Made by a program: the position numbers and the translations under genes. Below are positions 1 to 9,424 of a DNA stretch of 50,026 bases, piece after piece. Positions within the stretch are counted from its first letter, which is position 1. Each line of letters opens with the position of its first letter. Below the pieces are notes generated by a model. The model was not told where the DNA came from. It saw nothing but the letters and a program-made list of their open reading frames with translations, and searched no databases. Source of the stretch: a virus; IMG/VR virus record IMGVR_UViG_3300046616_000032, positions 1-50,026 of that record; one strand, written 5' to 3'.

Positions 1-127
1 TTAAAGGGCTTAAGATGTAATGTCAGACCTGCCTCCGAACGACCAGAAAGAACTTTTCAAACAAGCAATCAAAGAATGGATGGATGAACGTTACGCCGAC
101 CTAGGACGCTGGGCAGTCAAAGTCATT
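1..127. repeat. 127-bp exact terminal repeat, copy 1 (identical to 49900..50026)
   Basis: Bases 1-127 (ttaaagggcttaagatgtaatg...gcagtcaaagtcatt) recur verbatim as the last 127 bases of the window. 127 is a common maximal assembler k-mer, so this is most simply a circular-assembly overlap. Confidence 0.95.
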
Positions 128-193
128 CTGACAACTGCACTGACCGGGCTCCTCTGGGCGTACATCCAAGCACGAGGATTTAAACTCCCTTGA
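20..193 (+). CDS. small single-pass membrane protein (57 aa; holin-like candidate)
   Basis: Hand-translated: ATG at 20, 57 codons (MSDLPPNDQKELFKQAIKEW...VILTTALTGLLWAYIQARGFKLP). The TGA overlaps the TTG start of the terminase (TTGA). It has a C-terminal hydrophobic helix and is below the ORF-track length cutoff. Confidence 0.45.
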   Translation: MSDLPPNDQKELFKQAIKEWMDERYADLGRWAVKVILTTALTGLLWAYIQARGFKLP

Positions 194-1731
194 AGAAAGA
201 CAAGAAGACTGAGATCAGAGAACTTGCCGAGGCTGATCTTGAAGTCTGTGCTCGTCTTGTTCTTCCTAGCCGTGTCTACGCCTCAATTCACACCGAGCTA
301 TTCAAATGGTGGACCCGAGACGAAGCCAAGTCTCACCAGCTAGTCCTCCTCCCCCGAGATCATGGCAAGTCCGCTATGCTCGGTATTTATATCGCTTGGT
401 GCATTATCCGCAATCCAGCCATCAAAGTCCTCTACCTCTCGGCTACCGCGAACCTTGCCCAAAAGCAGTTGAAGTTCATCAAGGACATTCTCACTAGTGA
501 CATTGTCCGCTTCTACTGGCCGGAGTTGGTTAACCCGGACGAGGGGAAACGTGAAAAGTGGACCGAGACCGAAATCGCAGTGGACCATCCACTCCGCAAG
601 GCTGAACATGTCCGCGACCCCACAGTTTTCACCGGCGGGTTGACCACCACTATTACCGGACTCCATGCTGATATCATAGCATTGGATGACGTCGTTGTCA
701 AGGAAAATGCGTACACCGAAGAACTTCGTCAGAAGGTCGAGGATCAGTACAGTCTCTTGGCTTCGATTGGTTCTGGTGAAGCCCGTGTCGTAGCCGTCGG
801 TACTCGCTACCATCCCAAGGACCTCTACGGGACCATGATGGAGAAGCAGTATGAAGTCTACGACGAAGAGTCCAATGTCGTCGGTCGCGAGCACCTCTAC
901 GAAGTCCTACAGCGCGAGGTCGAAGACCGAGGCGACGGCACCGGGGAATTCCTCTGGCCACGCCAGCAGCGCAAGGATGGTAAGTGGTTCGGGTTCAATG
1001 CGAACATCCTCGCTAAGAAACGAGCCGACTACTCCGACAAGGTCCAGTTCAGGGCTCAGTACTACAACGATCCCCAAGACCGCGAAGGCGGAGGCATCGA
1101 CAGAGAGTGCTTCCAGTACTACGACAAGGTCCATCTATCCCGTAGCAATGGCTATTGGTATATGCGCAACCGCCGTCTTAATGTCTTTGCCGCTATTGAT
1201 TTCGCCTATTCCACTAAGTCTCGGGCAGATTTCACTAGCATCGCTGTTGTGGGCGTCGATACTGACCGCAATTATTATGTCCTAGAGATCGACCGGTTCA
1301 AGGCCGGGAAGATTTCAGAGTACTTCACCCATCTTCTCGCCCTCCATCAGAAATGGGACTTCCGTGTTATCTCAGCGGAATGTACCGCAGCCCAGCAGGT
1401 AATCGTCGATGATCTCAAGGATAACTACATTCGTCGCCACGGTTTGGCTCTTAGCATCAAGGATCACAAACCTACCCGTAATGATGGAACGAAAGCCGAG
1501 CGCATCGCAGCAGTCCTTAATGCCCGCTATGATAACCGTCAAATCTGGCATTACAAGGGCGGCAATTGCGAGGTCCTTGAGGAAGAACTCATCCTAACCA
1601 ATCCTCCTCATGACGACTGCAAAGACGCTCTGGCATCAGCCATTGCTGTCTCGGTCGCTCCCAGCAATCTCGCTTACTCAGTCCAATCCGTTCCTTACCA
1701 GACCCATCCTCGATTTGGAGGCGTTATCTAA
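190..1731 (+). CDS. terL: terminase large subunit
   Basis: 513 aa. Walker A-like LLPRDHGKS and Walker B-like ADIIALDDV. RNaseH-like nuclease segment FAAIDFAYS...VVGVD and DDCKDA. Directly upstream of the portal gene. Confidence 0.9.
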   Translation: MKKDKKTEIRELAEADLEVCARLVLPSRVYASIHTELFKWWTRDEAKSHQLVLLPRDHGKSAMLGIYIAWCIIRNPAIKVLYLSATANLAQKQLKFIKDILTSDIVRFYWPELVNPDEGKREKWTETEIAVDHPLRKAEHVRDPTVFTGGLTTTITGLHADIIALDDVVVKENAYTEELRQKVEDQYSLLASIGSGEARVVAVGTRYHPKDLYGTMMEKQYEVYDEESNVVGREHLYEVLQREVEDRGDGTGEFLWPRQQRKDGKWFGFNANILAKKRADYSDKVQFRAQYYNDPQDREGGGIDRECFQYYDKVHLSRSNGYWYMRNRRLNVFAAIDFAYSTKSRADFTSIAVVGVDTDRNYYVLEIDRFKAGKISEYFTHLLALHQKWDFRVISAECTAAQQVIVDDLKDNYIRRHGLALSIKDHKPTRNDGTKAERIAAVLNARYDNRQIWHYKGGNCEVLEEELILTNPPHDDCKDALASAIAVSVAPSNLAYSVQSVPYQTHPRFGGVI

Positions 1732-3564
1732 GTGGCAGGCAAAGTCCTAAACAAACAAGACTTCATGAACCCCGATGGGGTTGGTGAAGCTGTAGCCAAG
1801 TTCTGGGTAACGAACAACAACCTCCGTCAGGACTGGCTCGCTGAGAAGATCGAACTCCGTAAGTACATCTTCGCTACCGATACCCGGAAGACTAGCAATT
1901 CGTCTCAGGAATGGAAGAACACTACGACCATTCCCAAGACGTGTCAAATCCGGGACAACCTCGGAGCTAACTACGAACTAAACCTGTTCCCCAAGACCCG
2001 TTGGTTGACGTGGAACGCAGACAGTGAAGACGCCAACGAGACCGCTAAGCGGGACACTATCCTGAATTACATGCGTTGGACCAATCTCCAAGATCGGTTC
2101 AAGAATGAAATGAGGAAATGCATCTTCGACTATATCGATTACGGCAATGCCTTCGGTACGGTTGAATGGGTTGACGAGCGTGTCTCTCTCCCCGGTGGCA
2201 AAGAACAAGTCGGGTACGTCGGTCCTACCCTCCGTCGTATCTCTCCTCTGGACATCGTCTTCAATCCCACGGCGCCTAGCTTCCGAGAAGCCCCTAAGGT
2301 CATCCGAAGCATCGTCTCGATGGGCGAGCTCAAGAAAATCCTGAACTCGATGTCGAACGACCAGAACCGGGCAGAATACGAGGCCCTGTTCAAGTACCTC
2401 AAGGACATCCGGGTTACGGCTCAGACGTACACTGGCGACCTTGCAGGCTTCGATGAGAACTACGCCATGGACGGGTTTACGTCCTTCCGGAACTACCTCA
2501 TCGGGGACATGATTGAAATCCTCACCTTCTACGGTGATATGTACGATTGGGAGAAGGATGAGCTACTCGAAAACCATGTCATCACAGTGGTTGATCGGCA
2601 TAAGGTTATTGGTAAGCGACCCAACCCGAGTTACTTTGGATACGCTCCGATTTTCCACGTTGGTTGGCGACCCCGCCAAGACAACCTATGGGCCATGGGT
2701 CCTCTGGACAACATTATCGGAATGCAGTACCGCCTCGACCACGTCGAGAACGCCAAGGCAGACGCCGTAGACCTTTCCATCCTGCCGCCCCTGAAGATCA
2801 AGGGCAGCCCCCCTGATTTCAAATGGGGTCCGATGGCTAGGATTTACGTCGGTGACGACGGAGACGTCGAACAGATGCCTCCTCAGGCGGCAGTGTTCCA
2901 AGCCAACGACCAACTCGCTTGGTACCTCCAGATGATGGAGACACTAACCGGTGCTCCCCAAGAGCAGATGGGAATTCGTTCTCCCGGTGAAAAGACTGCC
3001 TTCGAGGTACAGAAGCTGGACAACGCTGCTTCCCGTATCTACGGTGCAAAGATCATGCAGTTCGAGACGAACTTCACTGAGCCTTGCATGAACGGCATGC
3101 TGGAATTGGCACGACGGAATATCACGGAAAGCCAAACGATTTCGATCTTCGACGACGATTTCAATTTCCAGACTTTCCAGACGCTGACCCCGCAGGACAT
3201 CACTGGCGCTGGTCGTCTCAAGCCGGTAGGCGCAAGGCACTTCGCCGAGCAGGCCGAGCTTCTGCAAAACCTCAACAACTTCTTTAACTCCCATATGGGT
3301 CAGGACCCGTTGATTAACGTCCACTTCTCGGGTGTCAAGACCGCCCAGATGCTGGCCGAAATCTTCAACATCAAGGACTTCAATATCGTGCAGCCTTACG
3401 CACGTGTCCCTGAACAGGCTCAAGCCCAGAGGTTGGCGCAGGCTGCTAATGAACAGCTTGCCACTGAAGCCCAGACCCCGGCGGGTCTCACCCCAGACGA
3501 CCACGACGCCTCAGTCGCACCGGTCCCTGAGGTACCCCCGATGGATATGGAGGCAATGAAGTGA
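1732..3564 (+). CDS. portal (head-tail connector) protein
   Basis: 610 aa, abuts the terminase stop and is followed by scaffold and capsid genes. Size and position are typical of podovirus portals. Confidence 0.8.
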   Translation: MAGKVLNKQDFMNPDGVGEAVAKFWVTNNNLRQDWLAEKIELRKYIFATDTRKTSNSSQEWKNTTTIPKTCQIRDNLGANYELNLFPKTRWLTWNADSEDANETAKRDTILNYMRWTNLQDRFKNEMRKCIFDYIDYGNAFGTVEWVDERVSLPGGKEQVGYVGPTLRRISPLDIVFNPTAPSFREAPKVIRSIVSMGELKKILNSMSNDQNRAEYEALFKYLKDIRVTAQTYTGDLAGFDENYAMDGFTSFRNYLIGDMIEILTFYGDMYDWEKDELLENHVITVVDRHKVIGKRPNPSYFGYAPIFHVGWRPRQDNLWAMGPLDNIIGMQYRLDHVENAKADAVDLSILPPLKIKGSPPDFKWGPMARIYVGDDGDVEQMPPQAAVFQANDQLAWYLQMMETLTGAPQEQMGIRSPGEKTAFEVQKLDNAASRIYGAKIMQFETNFTEPCMNGMLELARRNITESQTISIFDDDFNFQTFQTLTPQDITGAGRLKPVGARHFAEQAELLQNLNNFFNSHMGQDPLINVHFSGVKTAQMLAEIFNIKDFNIVQPYARVPEQAQAQRLAQAANEQLATEAQTPAGLTPDDHDASVAPVPEVPPMDMEAMK

Positions 3565-3809
3565 TTTCAACCGAATGGGTTAAAAACATCGACGACCAAA
3601 AGGATCGTGACGATTTCGAGAGCATCCTCCGGAATTCAACGTTCCTCCTAGATCGACTTCGGGCAATCCTTGCTGAGTGGGAAAATGACGTCTACTCAGC
3701 AGACCGCTCGAAGAAGCAGTACGAAACCGCGAATTGGGAAGAACTCCAAGCCCATCGAAACGGTAACCTAGAAACCATCCTCAAGCTGAAAGACCTACTC
3801 AGCTTCTAA
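3561..3809 (+). CDS. hypothetical protein (82 aa)
   Basis: 4-nt start/stop overlap with the portal gene. Helical, charged sequence, same strand and frame economy as its neighbours. Confidence 0.6.
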   Translation: MISTEWVKNIDDQKDRDDFESILRNSTFLLDRLRAILAEWENDVYSADRSKKQYETANWEELQAHRNGNLETILKLKDLLSF

Positions 3810-3823
3810 ATCAAAGGAAGATT

Positions 3824-4522
3824 ATGACCGATATCTTCACTCCCGAACCTACTCTCGATGACTACGTTGGCGAAGGCAAGAAGTACTCCGACCTGACCGC
3901 AGTGGCTAAAGCCCTTGCCGAAAAGGACCGGTTCATTGCCCAGCTTCAGGAAGAGAATAGGCAGAGGGAAGCTGCCATTCAGGCGGCACAGAATACGAAG
4001 GCTTTTGAAGACCGAATTAAAGCCCTCGAAACGGCGCAGACGCTGAGCCCGGAACCTCCCGCAGCTCAGGTGGCACCTCCTGCTACCCCGGACGTTGAAG
4101 ACATTGTTCAGAAGGCCATTGCGGCCCGAGAAGCGGCAAACGTGAGGACGCGCAACCTCATGGAAGTCCAGAACAAGCTCATTAACACTCTGGGTCAAGA
4201 CTACTCTTCGAAAGTAAAACAACGCGCTTCTGAACTGCACATCGACATGAACCGATTGAATGAACTCGCTGCGACGTCGCCCTCGGCGTTCTATGCGATG
4301 ATCGGTCTCAACAGCGGCAATCAGCCCTCAGGGTCTGTAGCCCCGCCTGTGTCGAACGTGAACTCCGCTGCTCTGAATATCAACACCAGCGGCGAGAAGG
4401 GCAACTCGTACTACACGAACCTCCGCAAGGAGAAGCCCGGCGAATACTTCACGGCTAGAATTGCAGCGGAAGAGTATAACCAACTCAAAAAGCTAGGACC
4501 CGAAAAGTTCTACGCTCTATAA
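3824..4522 (+). CDS. scaffolding protein (candidate)
   Basis: 232 aa with a coiled-coil-like charged N half (AEKDRFIAQLQEENRQREAAIQAAQ). Located between portal and major capsid, with SD aaaggaag upstream. Confidence 0.65.
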   Translation: MTDIFTPEPTLDDYVGEGKKYSDLTAVAKALAEKDRFIAQLQEENRQREAAIQAAQNTKAFEDRIKALETAQTLSPEPPAAQVAPPATPDVEDIVQKAIAAREAANVRTRNLMEVQNKLINTLGQDYSSKVKQRASELHIDMNRLNELAATSPSAFYAMIGLNSGNQPSGSVAPPVSNVNSAALNINTSGEKGNSYYTNLRKEKPGEYFTARIAAEEYNQLKKLGPEKFYAL

Positions 4523-4534
4523 TCAGGAGGGGCT

Positions 4535-5488
4535 ATGTCCTTTTCTACCAATAACAACGAGCACCTGATCCGCTCGAACCTGTGGAGCACTCGCCTCAAG
4601 GAAGTCCTCCTTGACGAGCTCTTCGCGACGAAGTTCGTCGATCTCATCACGGATTTCCCGGATGGCGATACGCTGAACATTCCGTCGATTGGTCAGGCTG
4701 AGGTTCAGGACTATGTCGAAAACGCGGCTATCCGCTACACCGGCATGGACACTGGTAACTTCACGTTCACCATCGACCAGTACAAGTCCTCGGCGACCTA
4801 CATCACCGAGAAGATGAAGCAGGACAGCTATGTCATGTCTCGTCTGATGGCTTCGTTCGTTCCCAAGCAGCATCGCGCTCTTGCGAAGGAAATGGAAGTC
4901 AAGGTGCTGGACGTTGGTCCGTCGGCCCAGACTGCTTCGAACCTCAACACCATCAACGGTGGCGATCACCGCTTTGTGGCGACGGGTACGAATGCTGTCA
5001 TCGCGCCGAAGGACTTCGCTCGTGCGAACTACGCACTTACTATGGCGAACGTGCCTAACACCAACCGTGTTGCTATCGTTCATCCCTCGACGGCTTACGC
5101 CCTTGAGACGCTGACGAACCTCACGAACGTTTCGAACAACCCCCAGTGGGAAGGCATCGTCTCCACCGGTATCTCTACGGGTATGCGGTTCCTCAAGAAC
5201 ATCTACGGTTTTGATGTTTACGAGAGCCAGAACCTGAAGTCGATCACCGCTGGTGAAACGATTAACTCGGTGTCGGTGAATACCACTGGCGTCGCCAACC
5301 TGTTCTTCTCGGCTACGTCGGACGTCCTGCCGTTCATCGGCAGCATCCGTCAGCCCCCGAAGGTTGACAGCGATTACAACAAGGACCTCCAGCGCGAAGA
5401 GTACGTAACGACCTGTCGTTACGGCTATAAGCTGTTCCGCCCGGAGAACCTCGTCGTGATCCTGACTGCCACGGATCAGGTGGTTTAA
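4535..5488 (+). CDS. major capsid protein
   Basis: 317 aa with a strong SD (aggagggg). Canonical position after the scaffold gene. The long antisense ORF 4523..5599 is a shadow. Confidence 0.8.
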   Translation: MSFSTNNNEHLIRSNLWSTRLKEVLLDELFATKFVDLITDFPDGDTLNIPSIGQAEVQDYVENAAIRYTGMDTGNFTFTIDQYKSSATYITEKMKQDSYVMSRLMASFVPKQHRALAKEMEVKVLDVGPSAQTASNLNTINGGDHRFVATGTNAVIAPKDFARANYALTMANVPNTNRVAIVHPSTAYALETLTNLTNVSNNPQWEGIVSTGISTGMRFLKNIYGFDVYESQNLKSITAGETINSVSVNTTGVANLFFSATSDVLPFIGSIRQPPKVDSDYNKDLQREEYVTTCRYGYKLFRPENLVVILTATDQVV

Positions 5489-5500
5489 TAGGAGGTTAAT

Positions 5501-6016
5501 ATGGGTTTTTGGCAAAATAACGACGGTCTTGGCGTCAAGCTTGGCGTCACTGAGGCGGTGTCTCAGGACACTACGAAGTCCCCGGTGGGCGAAGTCCACA
5601 CCAAGGGCGATCTTCGTGAAGTAGTCGTTCTCATTCCCGATCTGACCAAGCTCGCTACGGGCTCGGCCACGATCCTGAATGACGACTTCTTCCTTCCGAA
5701 GAATGCTCGTATCGACAGCGTGGAAGTCGAGGTCGTGACCGGTGCTACGAGCGGTGGTGCTGCCACCCTCAAGGTCGGTACGATTAAGTCCGATCGTTCT
5801 ACTGTTGGTTCGGCTACGGCTTTCGTGGCTGACCCGGCTCTGGCAACGATTGACACCGCTGGTAAGAAACTTACCCTTATCACTGGTGCCACCGCTGCGG
5901 GCGCTTCGATTGGTACGACCCTGTCCGCAGGTCCGTATCTCATCACGGCGCAGGCTGGTACGGCAGTTTACACGGCTGGTGCGGTTCGTATCCGCATCCG
6001 TTGGTTCGCTGTCTAA
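5501..6016 (+). CDS. hypothetical virion protein (possible head decoration or minor capsid protein)
   Basis: 171 aa with a strong SD (taggagg). Ala/Gly/Thr-rich, beta-type sequence, immediately after the capsid gene and followed by a hairpin. Confidence 0.6.
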   Translation: MGFWQNNDGLGVKLGVTEAVSQDTTKSPVGEVHTKGDLREVVVLIPDLTKLATGSATILNDDFFLPKNARIDSVEVEVVTGATSGGAATLKVGTIKSDRSTVGSATAFVADPALATIDTAGKKLTLITGATAAGASIGTTLSAGPYLITAQAGTAVYTAGAVRIRIRWFAV

Positions 6017-6023
6017 GACTAAC

Positions 6024-6045
6024 GGGGAGGTCTTCGGGCCTCCCC
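6024..6045 (+). terminator. hairpin after the capsid genes (possible partial terminator or attenuator)
   Basis: GGGGAGG-tcttcggg-CCTCCCC, a perfect 7-bp GC stem. The downstream U tract is weak (accctttgg). Confidence 0.4.
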
Positions 6046-6061
6046 ACCCTTTGGAGGTTTA

Positions 6062-6694
6062 ATGACTGTTGCACATAAAGACCTGACGGGCACCGACCTT
6101 CACGAGATCAAAGGTGCTTCGTCGGCTACGGCAGGGCAAGTCCCTATTGCTAATGGTTCAGGCGGCGCTCCATTCGGCAAGCTTGACGCTACGTCCTTGA
6201 CCGGTACGGGCAACCCCTTCGGGAACAATCTACTCCATGTTCGTGAGGAGCAGGCTTCGGGTACCGCGAGTCAGACCCCAGCTACGGCAGGCGGTGTGGT
6301 CAACAACGTCCTGAATGTCGTCAAAACGAACGAGATCGCGGGTGCGTCTCTGGCCTCCAGCCAGATCACTCTTCCTGCTGGTACGTACTTCATTGAAGCC
6401 CACATCAGCTATCTAATCACGGGCTCGGTGTCGCAGGTGTACTACCGACCCCGTCTTCAAAACATTACGCTGGCGTCTACGATCCTCGACGGACATACGG
6501 TGGTTGTTGGTCTCGGTGGTGGTGGCAGTGGTAACAGCTCCATTCAGGGTATTTCAACTATCTGCGGTCGCTTTACTCTCGCCGGCACTACCGTAATCAA
6601 TCTTCAGCACTACAAGACCTCGGCCCAGTCCCCGGTCGCTCTGAACATCGGACCCGAAGTCTACACTGATGTCATGATCTGGAAGGTCGCATAA
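6062..6694 (+). CDS. tail fibre-like protein
   Basis: 210 aa. N-terminal HKDLTGTDLHEIKG motif of the kind seen at N termini of phage fibre proteins. Gly/Thr/Ser-rich beta sequence. Confidence 0.5.
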   Translation: MTVAHKDLTGTDLHEIKGASSATAGQVPIANGSGGAPFGKLDATSLTGTGNPFGNNLLHVREEQASGTASQTPATAGGVVNNVLNVVKTNEIAGASLASSQITLPAGTYFIEAHISYLITGSVSQVYYRPRLQNITLASTILDGHTVVVGLGGGGSGNSSIQGISTICGRFTLAGTTVINLQHYKTSAQSPVALNIGPEVYTDVMIWKVA

Positions 6695-7905
6695 TGGCTA
6701 AACTAACTCTTTCCGATCTGACCAGTCTTACGAACGAAGCGTCTGCGGTTTCGACGATCAACAACAACAACGCTGCGACTGAGACGGCCTTAGAGAATAC
6801 GCTTTCGCGTGACGGCACTAGCCCCAATACCATGGGGGCTAATATCGACATGAACTCTAACCGTATCCTCAACCTGCCTGCCCCTGTCGCTGACACTGAG
6901 CCTGCTCGGTTTATCGACGTAGGCAATGCTCCGGCTGCTGCTGCCGCTGCTCTGGCCAGCCAGACTGCTGCTGCTGCAAGTGCCACGAGTGCTGCTACGT
7001 CCGCTACCACGGCTCTGAACTATCTGACCTCGTTCACTGGTACCTCGACTTCCAGCGTCGCTATCGGCACTGGTGCGAAGTCCTTTACTACGACTACTGG
7101 CCGTCTGTGGAGCACTGGTTTGTTCCTCAGCATTGTCAGCGCGGCTAACTCTGCGAACTACATGCACGGCACTGTGACCAGCTACGATCCGGCTACGGGC
7201 GCTCTGGTCATGAACATCCTAGACATCGGTGGCTCGGGTACGAAGAACGACTGGAACATTCAGTTGTCTGGTACTCAGGGTTCGATTGGCCCCACGGGCG
7301 CAGTCGGCACTTCAGGTACCCCGACCGTAGGCCAATTGGCCGTCTGGGTTACTTCGACTACTGCCAAGGGCGTTTCCATCACCGGTCTCGTCAAAGGCAA
7401 TGGCGCTTCTGATCCTACTGCGGCTGTCTCGGGCACGGACTACCAAGCCCCTATCGGCACCATCTCCGGTGTCGCCAAGGGCAACGGCGCCAACGCTCTG
7501 ATCGCTGCTACAGCAGGTACGGACTTCGTCAAGCCTGATACGGCTACTGCATTCACGAAGCAGCAGTCGTTTGCTCTCGCTACACTGACTGATGCGGCTA
7601 ACATTTCTTGGGACGTCTCGACCAGCCAGAAGGCTAAGGTCACCCTCGGTGGCAACCGCACCATGAATGCCGTCACCAACGCAGTCGAAGGCACGACTTA
7701 CCTTCTCTGGGTTATTCAGGACGGTACCGGTACTCGAACGATTACTTGGACCACGACTGGTGCAGGTTCGTTTGACTTCGGTGCAGCAGGTACTCCGGTT
7801 CTGACGACCACAATCAACAAAGCCGATCTTCTCGTATTCGAGGCGATCTCCATCGGCGGTACTCTCAAGCTTCGCTTTACTGGTATCCAAAAAGGCTTCA
7901 CGTAA
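6694..7905 (+). CDS. tail fibre / tail spike protein
   Basis: 403 aa. N-terminal LSRDGTSPNTMGANIDMNSNRILNLPAPVADTEPARF motif typical of phage fibre anchoring domains. ATGA-type junction with the preceding gene. Confidence 0.65.
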   Translation: MAKLTLSDLTSLTNEASAVSTINNNNAATETALENTLSRDGTSPNTMGANIDMNSNRILNLPAPVADTEPARFIDVGNAPAAAAAALASQTAAAASATSAATSATTALNYLTSFTGTSTSSVAIGTGAKSFTTTTGRLWSTGLFLSIVSAANSANYMHGTVTSYDPATGALVMNILDIGGSGTKNDWNIQLSGTQGSIGPTGAVGTSGTPTVGQLAVWVTSTTAKGVSITGLVKGNGASDPTAAVSGTDYQAPIGTISGVAKGNGANALIAATAGTDFVKPDTATAFTKQQSFALATLTDAANISWDVSTSQKAKVTLGGNRTMNAVTNAVEGTTYLLWVIQDGTGTRTITWTTTGAGSFDFGAAGTPVLTTTINKADLLVFEAISIGGTLKLRFTGIQKGFT

Positions 7906-8756
7906 TGCCTATCTTCTACCCTCACATGGCTAACAACCTGAACATCAACTACCTCATCGTAGGTGGTGGTGGCTCAGGAGGCGCCGGTTCGGGTACCGGA
8001 GGTGGCGGAGGTGGAGGTGGCGCTGGTGAAATGATTACCGGCTCCTTCGTAATGTCTCCGGGCTCCTACCCTGTTACTGTCGGCAACGGCGGTGCTCAGG
8101 TCACGGGCGTCTCATCGGGCCAAGCCTCTGCTGGTAACGACGGCGGCCAATCGCTTATCTTCGGTATCTTCGCTGCCAACGGTGGTGGTGGAGGCGGCGG
8201 AGCCGGACCTACCCCTACGGGCCGTAACGGTGGCTCGGGCGGCGGTGGTGGTTCTAACGCTTCGGGTGGTCCTTACTCGGGCGGTACTTCCACTAAGACC
8301 GTCGGTCTAGGCAACGCAGGCGGCACCGGTAACGGTACGTCTCAAGCTGGTGGTGGTGGCGGTTCTGCTGCTGCTGGTGTCAACGCCTCTGGTACTGTCG
8401 CAGGTAACGGTGGTAACGGCACAGCATCCTCGATCTCTGGCTCGTCTGTTACTTATGCAGGCGGTGGCGGTGGTGGAGCGAACACCACGAATACTATTGG
8501 TACCGGTGGTACTGGTGGTGGTGGTAATGGTGCCAATAACGGTGGCACTGGTGTCGCTGGTACGGCCAATACCGGTTCAGGTGGCGGCGGAGGCGGCAAC
8601 GCAGGTTCAGGTGGCACTGGCGGAGCAGGTGGCTCTGGTATCGTCATCATTTCTTATCCCGGTACGGCTCAAATCGGCACCGGTGGTACGGTCACCTTCT
8701 CGGGTGGCAATGTAATCCATACGTTCACATCAAGCGGGACGTTCACAACTTATTAA
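7905..8756 (+). CDS. glycine-rich virion/fibre-associated protein
   Basis: 283 aa dominated by GGGxGG runs, ending in GGSGIVIISYPG plus a short beta C terminus. Overlapping start/stop with the fibre gene. Confidence 0.7.
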   Translation: MPIFYPHMANNLNINYLIVGGGGSGGAGSGTGGGGGGGGAGEMITGSFVMSPGSYPVTVGNGGAQVTGVSSGQASAGNDGGQSLIFGIFAANGGGGGGGAGPTPTGRNGGSGGGGGSNASGGPYSGGTSTKTVGLGNAGGTGNGTSQAGGGGGSAAAGVNASGTVAGNGGNGTASSISGSSVTYAGGGGGGANTTNTIGTGGTGGGGNGANNGGTGVAGTANTGSGGGGGGNAGSGGTGGAGGSGIVIISYPGTAQIGTGGTVTFSGGNVIHTFTSSGTFTTY

Positions 8757-8765
8757 GAGGTAATT

Positions 8766-9032
8766 ATGTTCGGTATTGATTTCGACAAGCTCAAGCGCGA
8801 ATGGAAGACCTTTGCTCTGGCTGTAGGTGCCACGATTGTCGGTGCCGTTCAAGCCGGTGCAGAGCTCGGGCTTCAAGTGCCGGACTTGTTTAATTGGCTG
8901 CCCGATAAGGTTAAACCTTGGGTTCTTCTTGCCTTCGGTCTTGGTATGCTCGTATTCCGACGATACCGTGATGCGGATGCACCTAAGCCTGCACAGGCAG
9001 AGACACCCACCGTAGAGACTGACAAGACTTAA
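8766..9032 (+). CDS. small membrane protein, two predicted TM helices (holin-like candidate)
   Basis: 88 aa. Hydrophobic segments FALAVGATIVGAVQAGA and PWVLLAFGLGMLVF with a charged C terminus. Confidence 0.55.
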   Translation: MFGIDFDKLKREWKTFALAVGATIVGAVQAGAELGLQVPDLFNWLPDKVKPWVLLAFGLGMLVFRRYRDADAPKPAQAETPTVETDKT

Positions 9033-9424
9033 TGTTCGGATTTGACATCGGCGCAATCGCCAAGGGGGTTATGGAGGGGTTCGTAGGACCCCTCTTCTCT
9101 TTCCTGAATAAGAAAGAAGACGTCGCCCTAGAGAAGTTCAGGGTCGATGGTCAGGTTGACATGGCCCTCGTCAACGCCCATGTCGCTCTTGGTGTAGCTA
9201 AAATCAACCTTCTAAAGAACCAGTGGATCGTAGCCCTTCAGGTCGGCTTCGGTTTCCCGTTGATGATTTACTACGGTAAGTGCATCCTTTGGGACAAGGT
9301 TCTTGGATCAATCACCCACGGCCACACAGATGCCCTTGACGGAGACATCCAACAGTACAGCCTTTGGATTGTCGGCTTCTTGTTCGCCCATTCAGTCCTC
9401 GATAGCTGGGCAAGGAAAACCTGA
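9032..9424 (+). CDS. membrane protein (130 aa)
   Basis: Hydrophobic segments WIVALQVGFGFPLMIYYG and LWIVGFLFAHSVL. Start overlaps the previous stop. Confidence 0.55.
   Translation: MFGFDIGAIAKGVMEGFVGPLFSFLNKKEDVALEKFRVDGQVDMALVNAHVALGVAKINLLKNQWIVALQVGFGFPLMIYYGKCILWDKVLGSITHGHTDALDGDIQQYSLWIVGFLFAHSVLDSWARKT

Noticed and set aside
1-127. Reading the 127-bp end repeat as a biological direct terminal repeat.
   Set aside because: The repeat is exact and its length equals a standard maximal assembly k-mer. It also cuts through an ORF rather than sitting in a non-coding terminal region. Without read-level data, an assembly overlap is the simplest explanation.
4523-5599. Long antisense ORF (358 aa) opposite the capsid gene. 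Similar long shadow ORFs occur at 9271..10233, 13451..14461, 14483..15295, 19333..20037, 20737..21789, 35345..36319, 36243..37340, 38694..39446, 40949..41725, 44007..44717 and 48452..49375.
   Set aside because: Each lies fully antisense to a gene with clear motifs or gene-order support. They are Arg/Ser/Leu/Val-rich with low-complexity composition, lack SD sequences and break the compact operon organisation. This is typical of shadow frames in moderately GC-rich DNA.
7905-8756. Repetitive GGTGGTGG-type DNA as a tandem repeat or CRISPR-like array.
   Set aside because: The repeats are in frame and translate to a continuous Gly-rich protein with a defined non-repetitive C terminus. There is no repeat-spacer periodicity.
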